Positions 61,817 through 64,000 of a stretch of 64,000 nt of DNA are shown in pieces. Position 1 is the first letter of the stretch. Each line of letters opens with the position of its first letter. The notes under the pieces were generated by a model. It saw only the letters and a program-made list of their open reading frames with translations, was not told where the DNA came from and did no database searches. The translations under genes were made by a program, and so were the position numbers. The stretch comes from the human T2T-CHM13v2.0 reference genome, Homo sapiens, in assembly GCF_009914755.1 (NCBI RefSeq), contig NC_060945.1; one strand, given 5' to 3'.

Positions 61817-64000
61817 CAAAACTTGTTTTTTTTGTTTGTTTGTTTGTTTTTTTTAAATATCTGTTATTGCCCGGTGGAGTGTGTGTATGCATTTTGGGGT
61901 GGTGTAATTTTTTTGAAGCAGATTTTATAAGAAGCAAAGAAATATAGAGGACTATCAGCTGAAAAATATGCTAGATAGGAAATACAGCAATTCGTTTTTT
62001 CAATCTTTTTCTCATTAATGGCATGGAATTTCACTGAAAAGGTGTTAGAAAAGGAAAATAATTTCAGCTCATTTTATATATTTGAGTTTCATTGTGTGCT
62101 ACAACTTATTGCTGAATGCTACAAAACCAGGCTTTGTTCTAATGAAATGTAATCCTCACATGGCTAAAAGAAACAGCTGAGAAAGCTATATATTTTATAT
62201 CAAATACCTTTACAGATCCAGTTAAATGTTAGAAAACCTCTTTATGAATTATTTTTAAGGTACAATCTAAGAAACTTCAAGCTTCAGAAAAATATAACAT
62301 ACTGATAAAATATTTTATTTCAAAAATTGTTAAGTTGTTTTGTTTTCCATTATGAGCAGTATTTAATTGTTTTTTAAGGTAGATTGACACTTGTTATTTC
62401 ATCTGTTTACTGAGTTATATTCAATGCCTTATTTATTTTTATTATATGTTTGCTTTACATTTTACATCTATTCATCTAGCTTTTGGTTTATAGGCTGAAG
62501 AGGTTTAAGAAATAGTTGAAGGCAACAAACAGAAAAGAAGAAAAGGATAATTCAGGAGGGGAAATAAAATTAAGACAAAAGAGTTAAAATAGTATTTAGA
62601 ACCAATTATCTTTTCAAAATTTATTTATTTCTGGATGTCACATTTGATAGGCTCATGTTCTTGAATTATTTGGAGCACATTCCTCTGTTTTCTCCCATTT
62701 ACTCCATTTTAGTAAATTTTATTTCTGAATAAAATAATTCCTTAGGACTAACTACATGAAGGGTTAAACTTTGATTGCAACATATTCAATACTATATGGT
62801 GCTTATTGCATTTAAAACTGAACAAACAATAAAATTTGGGGCTTTCGTGAAAAGTAACTTACTACAGACCTGAAATCTTTTGCTTCTCTCTTTGAGATGA
62901 ATCAATAAAAATAAAAAAAAAAAAGCCAAAGCAAATAAATCTAAAGTTTCTGCAAAGCACACAGCATGCACCTTCAATTCACTTCCTCTAAATTTGTATC
63001 AATGGAATGTGGTCATTGCTGCTTTTTTTGTTTTTGTTTTTGTTTTTCTACTCTTACAGAAAAAAAAAAGAATTCAATACAATCTCCCTCAGTGGAAGAA
63101 TAAATATCAAAAATGAAATTCAGAGTCCCTAAAAATTGCAATGCTTTTACCTGTTACTTTTTGTTTTTTGGTTAATGTTGCAAATTTTGAAAACTCAAGT
63201 GTGTGCCATACTGAGAAGAAAACCAAGAAAATTTCAAGATTTTTGTAAAATAATCAATGTTCTAGATCATACAAAAGTATTGGATTCATTACATAATAAT
63301 TAGATGCTTAATATATTCAAAGAGGTGACAGACGTGTCCCCCGAATCATAGTCTGACAGTCTCCTTCAATGTATTTTGTAATAATTATTTTTACTAGCTG
63401 TGAACATAAATAAGTTATATTGTAAAGAGAAATGATTGAGAAGAATCTAAGTTCAGCTAACGCATTTTAATCAATTAAGAAGTTATCACGAATTTCTAGT
63501 TTTTAAAATTTATTAGTATAAAAAGAAATAATCAAAAGGCATTCTATATGAATGAAAATAAGAGCTAAACCTGACAAAAACAGAAAGCTGAAGGACAAGA
63601 TTCATTTTTACCGGTACTACTGCCTACAGGAGTCTCATTCTGTCCATAATATGCTAGTGAATTAAAAAACATAGGTGCAAAAAAGAGCAATTTAGTGTAT
63701 AATCGTGCTAACTTTTAAATTCTTACTTTATCATTAGAAACTATGTCAGTCCATTCTGTGTTAAAAACCAACAAAATACAGTTAAAATTAATACAGAGCT
63801 ACAATTTTATTTAAGTTTTACTATTGTTTTGGTGAAAACTGACTTCTATTCATTTTTAAAAATATCTCTCAGGGATGTAGAATCTTCATCTATAAATTAA
63901 ACAAGTTCAAGCAAGTGGTCCCATTGGTCTTGTTAAATATAATAATAATTAACATTTATTGGGCACTTATTATACACCAGACATTGTTCTAAGGGTTTAA

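Overview
AT-rich primate genomic DNA, very probably human, because it contains an Alu right arm carrying all three right-arm AluYa5 diagnostic bases. It looks intronic or intergenic. I cannot name the locus, and I found no supportable host protein-coding gene, RNA gene, CRISPR array or novel enzymatic system. The ORF track is almost entirely repeat-derived or chance. The only real protein homology is a broken LINE-1 ORF1 tail and ORF2 in a 4.25-kb 5'-truncated L1PA7/8-like copy (55917-60174). The window is dominated by interspersed repeats: about 16 Alu copies or fragments, L1, L2, MIR, MaLR/ERVL solo LTRs with clean TSDs, and hAT MITEs. The interesting content is structural. (1) A miniature a-b-[c'-b'-a']-b-c inverted triplication (DUP-TRP/INV-DUP-like template switch) at 23.1-25.0 kb, whose inverted copy preserves the empty site of a later AluSp. 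(2) A composite MER1 transposon with three termini and about 320 bp of captured foreign DNA inside one 8-bp TSD. (3) An inverted templated insertion into a MER20, copied from 1.5 kb downstream. (4) A cryptic 5'-truncated AluYa5 fused in register inside an old AluS, a candidate polymorphism. Weaker candidates include a 66-nt in-frame cassette exon, a tandem CTCF-like motif and a CpG-retaining HRE/DR2-like segment. All alignments, identities and subfamily calls were made by eye from remembered consensus sequences and need RepeatMasker/Dfam confirmation.
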